IMG/VR virus record: IMGVR_UViG_3300035429_000176
DNA length: 20,000 bases
Origin: an uncultured virus (IMG/VR IMGVR_UViG_3300035429_000176)
Lineage: Duplodnaviria; Heunggongvirae; Uroviricota; Caudoviricetes
Direction: 5' to 3' (one strand)
In this document: in pieces, positions 15,644-20,000 of the stretch
Numbering within the stretch: position 1 is the stretch's first letter
Layout of the letters: every line of letters begins with the position of its first letter
The notes under the pieces: model-generated
The model's input: only the letters and a program-made list of their open reading frames with translations
What the model was told of the DNA's origin: nothing
Database searches by the model: none
Program-made: the position numbers and the translations under genes

Positions 15644-16053
15644 ACCGTGCAAGCCTGCTGCAAGAGACCGCCGCATGGATGGACACCGTTGACCTCGCCC
15701 TGTGCCTGTTCATCTACGAGGTGTGCAACGACTACCAGTTCGAGTACCTGTCGGGCAGCGACTTCGTGAACTTCCTGAACCTGAAACCCACCGGACGGGC
15801 GGTCATCGTGCGCCCGAAAGAGAACCTTCGCGTCTGTTACATGGTGTTTTCCATCGCCCGTGCCATCAGGCCGCGCGAGCGCGGGAAACTCTGGTCGGAA
15901 GAGTTCCTGAAACGCTGTGGCATATCCAAGTCCTACTACGACAAGCACCGTAGCGACGTTTGCAACAAAGGTGCTACAAAAGAGAACCAAGATTTCCGCA
16001 AATCCATCGACAAGGCCGTTGAAAACGCAAGACGGCTGAAAGGCACCCCATAA
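15640..16053 (+). CDS. Hypothetical protein, possibly DNA-binding
   Basis: ATGA coupling to the previous gene; basic C-terminal half (FLKRCGISKSYYDKHR). Confidence 0.7.
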   Translation: MNRASLLQETAAWMDTVDLALCLFIYEVCNDYQFEYLSGSDFVNFLNLKPTGRAVIVRPKENLRVCYMVFSIARAIRPRERGKLWSEEFLKRCGISKSYYDKHRSDVCNKGATKENQDFRKSIDKAVENARRLKGTP

Positions 16054-16066
16054 CCGCCCGCCGTTT

Positions 16067-16200
16067 CCCCATTCAGCCCGGTATCTCCCCATTATAGCCA
16101 TGCGCTATACCGTTCATACACAACGGTATGGCGCATTTTCTTTTTATATACTTTCCCCATTCGTCCCCCATTGGCCCACCTTGGGGCAAACTTAACTTTG
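16067..16200 (+). promoter_or_regulatory. Repeat/hairpin region and promoter upstream of the excisionase
   Basis: CCCCATT at 16067, 16087, 16155 and 16166; hairpin 16100-16136 followed by a T-rich tract; TAACTTTG at 16193-16200. Confidence 0.65.
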
Positions 16201-16285
16201 CATCGGAAACAGAAGAAAGGAAAAGTCTGAAAAACAGCAGATTCCGATTTTAAGAAAGTACAAGTAACAATAAAAATGAACGTAT

Positions 16286-16528
16286 ATGGAAAGTGAACGC
16301 AATTTAATGACCACCACGGAAGCGGCCCGCTACCTCGGACTGAAGCCCAGCTATCTCTACAAGATGATGATGCGCCGCGCAATCCCTTACTACAAGCCGG
16401 GCGGCAAGCTGTGCTTCTTCGCCAAGGAAGACCTCGACGCATGGCTGAAACGGGTACGGGTGAAGTCGCAGGCCGAGATTGACAGCGAGGCATCCCGCTA
16501 TCTGGTGGCACGTGAGAAAGACAAATGA
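16286..16528 (+). CDS. Excisionase-family HTH protein
   Basis: LMTTTEAARYLGLKPSYLYK...IPYYKPGGKLCFF..EDLDAWL. Confidence 0.88.
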   Translation: MESERNLMTTTEAARYLGLKPSYLYKMMMRRAIPYYKPGGKLCFFAKEDLDAWLKRVRVKSQAEIDSEASRYLVAREKDK

Positions 16529-17028
16529 TTCATCAACCTTTTTTAGAACAATGCAGTCATGGACAATTCAAAGAACATGGAACCGGGTATCAGGAATACC
16601 GCGGTTCAGGATTCCCCGAACAAGGAACAGAGAAAGAGGGCAGACCCGCAATCAGCGCGAAGGCGCAGACCATTCTGGACTTCCTTCGCGGCTGTACCCC
16701 CTACGAGGCAGATTCCATACGGGTAATGGTCGGCTACGGAACGGGCAATGGCGATACCGCAACGATTGAGGCGACAGACATGCTGGCCGTCAACCGCTTT
16801 CTCAACCACGGGCTTACCAAGGAAAACGGGACAGATGGCGAGGCCGTGATGAAACACCGTCAGGAACGCGCGCAAAAACTGATGGAAGCCGTCAAGGATT
16901 TTGTCGACATCGGCCAGCTCTGCCGCGTCAGCGTCGCGCTGATGAAAATCTCTTCCGACTTCAAGGCGGTGGAGGACGCACGGGGGCACCTGCAATCCCA
17001 ACCCGCCGCCAACGTGAACCGGAACTGA
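16525..17028 (+). CDS. Hypothetical protein
   Basis: ATGA overlap with the excisionase; 167 aa. Confidence 0.6.
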   Translation: MIHQPFLEQCSHGQFKEHGTGYQEYRGSGFPEQGTEKEGRPAISAKAQTILDFLRGCTPYEADSIRVMVGYGTGNGDTATIEATDMLAVNRFLNHGLTKENGTDGEAVMKHRQERAQKLMEAVKDFVDIGQLCRVSVALMKISSDFKAVEDARGHLQSQPAANVNRN

Positions 17029-17138
17029 TGTCAAACCGGAACGGGGTATCGGACGGGCAAGGAAACTTCCACGCACGACATCTTGTCGAAACTGTTGCAG
17101 GCTGTTCCGGTACTCCATTCCCTTATTTTTACTGAATT

Positions 17139-17588
17139 ATGCAAGAAAACAAAAGGAACAAGGAAACATCCCTTTTCAAGAAGCCGCAGGGATTCCGTAC
17201 AATCCGCATCCGTCTTACTGCGGAGGCAATCGAATGGCTCGGAAGGACAACGAAAGATGACGACGGCAATACAATCGGCAACCACACTCTTTTTTATGAC
17301 CTGCTCTCACGGATGCGACTGTCACCCGGCAGGGGTGATTCATTCCGCAGGCCGCAGGAATTGCAGCCCGGACAGTTCCAGTTCTCGGAAACCAGACTCG
17401 CGGAGGAATGGAACATAGGGAGAAAAAGAATCCGCAATCTCCTTGCAACGATGGAAAGGCTGGGCATGATAGCGGTGGAGGCTTCCAAAACCGCTTCCGT
17501 CGCTTCCATGACCTGTATCGAGGAATGGACGGACTTTCAGAACCGCCGCATCATAAACCTTTGCAATCCCGCCCTGAATGGCATTTGA
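17139..17588 (+). CDS. Winged-helix protein, replication-protein-like
   Basis: LQPGQFQFSETRLAEEWNIGRKRIRNLLATMERLGMI wHTH pattern. Confidence 0.65.
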   Translation: MQENKRNKETSLFKKPQGFRTIRIRLTAEAIEWLGRTTKDDDGNTIGNHTLFYDLLSRMRLSPGRGDSFRRPQELQPGQFQFSETRLAEEWNIGRKRIRNLLATMERLGMIAVEASKTASVASMTCIEEWTDFQNRRIINLCNPALNGI

Positions 17589-17637
17589 ACGGCCTTTGAA
17601 TGGCATTTTATCCGGCAGCGGAGGCACGCCGCAGGAG

Positions 17638-17761
17638 AACTGAAAACGTCTTTCAGTTTCGAGATATGCCAAGGTATCACCTCCCTTCGGTCAGTCATCC
17701 CTTGGCGCTCTCGCAGCTCACTGGCAGTTCGCCGGTGGCGGCACTCGCAAGCTCGCACCGC
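17638..17761. other. Putative oriT region
   Basis: Intergenic cluster of inverted repeats just upstream of mobC: AACTGAAA/TTTCAGTT, GCCAAGG/CCTTGGC and CACTGGC/GCCGGTG; nic site not identified. Confidence 0.5.
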
Positions 17762-17784
17762 TTAATCCTTATAAAATAACAGTT

Positions 17785-18222
17785 ATGACAGAAGACAACA
17801 AGCAAGACATAGAATTTCCGTCCGGCGGTAGCCGTACCGAATACATCGGTGCCAAAGTCACCGCGGAACAGAAACAGTACATCCGCCGCCTTGCCGCCGA
17901 GTGCGGCATGACCGTCAGCAGCTACGTGCTGGCAAGGGCTTTCAATTACAGACCGAAAGCGAGGCTGACGGCAAGGCAGGAGGCGGTCATGGAGACCCTT
18001 ATAGGATGCCGCAGCGACCTCGTGAACTACACGTCCGCGCTCCGTGGCATGAACCCCGAAAAGCGCAGACAGATGTTTAACAGTTACCCTTTCATGCTCG
18101 AATGGCTCAAGGAACTCGGCAGGCTGGCCGAGCGTGTCACGGACGTGCTCGACAAGGTACGGTTTTCCAACCGCCTGCCCGACGGGACAAGGAACGGTGA
18201 AGACGGGGAGGGCGAGCCATGA
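17785..18222 (+). CDS. MobC-like ribbon-helix-helix relaxosome accessory protein
   Basis: YIGAKVTAEQKQYIRRLAAECGMTVSSYV; ATGA overlap with the relaxase. Confidence 0.82.
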   Translation: MTEDNKQDIEFPSGGSRTEYIGAKVTAEQKQYIRRLAAECGMTVSSYVLARAFNYRPKARLTARQEAVMETLIGCRSDLVNYTSALRGMNPEKRRQMFNSYPFMLEWLKELGRLAERVTDVLDKVRFSNRLPDGTRNGEDGEGEP

Positions 18223-19454
18223 TAGGGAAAGCGAAATCCATCTCCCACGGGATAAATGACATCAGGTACATCACGGGAGAATCGAGGAACAAGAAACATC
18301 CCGAACGCATCTTCCACGTGGGGGACACCCTGCTGACGCCCGGTCTGGATGCCACGGGTATATGGGATTCCATGCGGCTGACGCTGGAGAAGTCCAAACG
18401 GGTCAGAAATTCCGTCATCCGAATCGAGGTCAGCCCCGCGCCGGAACACACCAAAGACTTTACCATTGACGACTGGCAAAGGTTGTGGGACGACTTCACG
18501 GATGAGTTCGACAACATCGAACTGCTTGACAAGAACGGCAAGACCTATTCCCCGAAAACCGACCTCAAAGGCAGCAAGGGCACGGTGTGGCTGCATCTGG
18601 AATCCAAGAGCGGCATTCCCCACCTTCACGGCGCGTTCTGCCGTATTGATGAACAGGGAAATATCAACAACGACCACGACATACACCTGCGGGCACAGCG
18701 GGCAGCCGAGCGTGTGGCCTTGAAACGGGGCTGGACGACTGCCGCCGAAGTACGTGAGACGAACATCGGGCAGGTGAACCGGGACTGCATGGAAACCCTG
18801 CAATCCATGAAAAGCTGGTCATGGGACGAGTACGTGGCCAGACTCCGGAGCAAGGAATATGAGTTTTGGGAGCTGCGCGACAACAAGAAGATATTGCGCG
18901 GTTACGTGCTGAAGAAAGGCAACGCTAGATACAAGGCTTCCGAACTCGGCAGGGGGCGCAACCTCATGGCGACCAAGCTCGAAAGCACGTGGAAAAAACT
19001 GCACGCGGCTCCCAAGGCAAGGACTGTTTCGACACAGCCCGCCGCAAGGAAACCGGTACCGGCTACACCTCGGACAATTCCGGTTCACGCGCAAGGAACG
19101 GCACCGGTTCCGCAATACACCGGCTATCGTCCCGGCACCAGCCCGTACCATATCGACATTGACGGGGAAAGCCGCAGGTTCTTCATTCCCGATGAAGCAT
19201 TGGACGTATTCAATGACGAGTTCGACTACCGGGAGACAGCCAACAGCCGTGACCTCACGGACATGGCGGCGGCACTTTTCGTCGGGATGCTCGATACTCC
19301 GGCGGTTCCTTCGGGAGGTGGCGGGGGCGGTGATTCCAACGACCTGCCTTGGGGAAGACGCGAGGACGAGGACGAACGGGAATGGGCACGCCGGTGCGCC
19401 CGTGAAGCGGAAAGGGTGATCGGAAAGAAACCGAGGACAGGACGAAAAAGATAA
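18219..19454 (+). CDS. Relaxase/mobilization nuclease
   Basis: N-terminal Tyr (IRYI), IRIEVSP, HUH motif WLH..SKSGIPHLHG, C-terminal GGGGG..DLPWG. Confidence 0.88.
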   Translation: MIGKAKSISHGINDIRYITGESRNKKHPERIFHVGDTLLTPGLDATGIWDSMRLTLEKSKRVRNSVIRIEVSPAPEHTKDFTIDDWQRLWDDFTDEFDNIELLDKNGKTYSPKTDLKGSKGTVWLHLESKSGIPHLHGAFCRIDEQGNINNDHDIHLRAQRAAERVALKRGWTTAAEVRETNIGQVNRDCMETLQSMKSWSWDEYVARLRSKEYEFWELRDNKKILRGYVLKKGNARYKASELGRGRNLMATKLESTWKKLHAAPKARTVSTQPAARKPVPATPRTIPVHAQGTAPVPQYTGYRPGTSPYHIDIDGESRRFFIPDEALDVFNDEFDYRETANSRDLTDMAAALFVGMLDTPAVPSGGGGGGDSNDLPWGRREDEDEREWARRCAREAERVIGKKPRTGRKR

Positions 19455-19460
19455 CAGCCT

Positions 19461-20000
19461 ATGAATAAAAAATTCGATTTCTCGGAAATAGACGGGGTAC
19501 TTCCGGCTGCCGAAAAGATGCAGGAAAGAGACCGCATGACCGACGCGCTGGAAAACAATTATGAAGCCGTCCGCATTCTTAGTGCCAACGTGGAAAAGCT
19601 TGAAAACAGACTTTCGGAAGCCCTGCCCAAAATGGACGGGGCTGTTTCTTCCCTGCGTGGGGCGAGCACGGTCACAGTCGGCGAGGAAGCGAGAAAGACG
19701 CTTGAACAGGAGGGAGAGAAAATCTGCCGGAAGATGGCTGACAGGATGGAACGGGAGTGCGCAAGGCTGGCCGGACGCCTCGCGACGAATGACCGTGTGC
19801 TTATCTCCGCAACCGCTTTCTGGTGCATGATATTAACAGTCATTATTCTGTCTGCTTTTTTTGCTTGCATAATTGCAGCTAACAGTTATCTATTCCAGAA
19901 CGCATTGTTATGGAAAATAGCAAGTTGTTTTGTTGGTTTATGGATATTGTGTATGATAATTACCGTCTTCATTTGTCGTAAACTTGAATGCTCTAATTAG
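19461..20000 (+). CDS. Coiled-coil protein with two C-terminal TM helices (mobilization-associated)
   Basis: 179 aa directly after the relaxase; hydrophobic C-terminus. Confidence 0.7.
   Translation: MNKKFDFSEIDGVLPAAEKMQERDRMTDALENNYEAVRILSANVEKLENRLSEALPKMDGAVSSLRGASTVTVGEEARKTLEQEGEKICRKMADRMERECARLAGRLATNDRVLISATAFWCMILTVIILSAFFACIIAANSYLFQNALLWKIASCFVGLWILCMIITVFICRKLECSN

Larger units (their letters stand above)
13355..20000 (+). mobile_element. Mobilizable integrative element (partial)
   Basis: Integrase C-terminus, cargo ATPase, excisionase, MobC, relaxase and oriT-like region; visibly more GC-rich than the phage part. Confidence 0.8.

Noticed and set aside
15481..19870. Long antisense ORFs (e.g. 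15481-16101, 16606-17118, 18084-18803)
   Set aside because: Shadow frames of real plus-strand genes in GC-rich DNA, with no recognisable motifs

Overview
This window looks like Bacteroidales DNA (TAnnTTTG promoters, typical gene families) and has two parts. Positions 1 to ~12.1 kb are the early/lysogeny region of a temperate phage. A long minus-strand operon runs: Cro-like protein, small proteins, a tRNA-like RNA, Rad50-like ATPase, RecT-like protein, MBL hydrolase, HU, DUF4494-like protein, VRR-NUC, DUF4373-like initiator, DnaC-like loader, a YopX remnant, a C5 DNA methyltransferase with a nested second ORF, a PAPS-reductase-family protein and the start of a probable radical SAM gene. Divergent from it are a CI-like repressor and a lipoprotein. 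An att-like region follows, holding an orphan 3' gene fragment (LAAAQAAIEE*, resembling the end of ppdK), hairpins and direct repeats, then a tyrosine integrase that appears chimeric at its RHT motif. From ~13.36 kb to the end is a more GC-rich mobilizable element (AAA/DUF4143-like ATPase, excisionase, wHTH protein, putative oriT, MobC, relaxase). The most notable items are the split alpha/beta methyltransferase in a candidate DNA-modification cluster, the tRNA mimic with a disrupted anticodon arm, and the attP-like junction with a fused integrase. All family calls come from motif recognition, not database searches.
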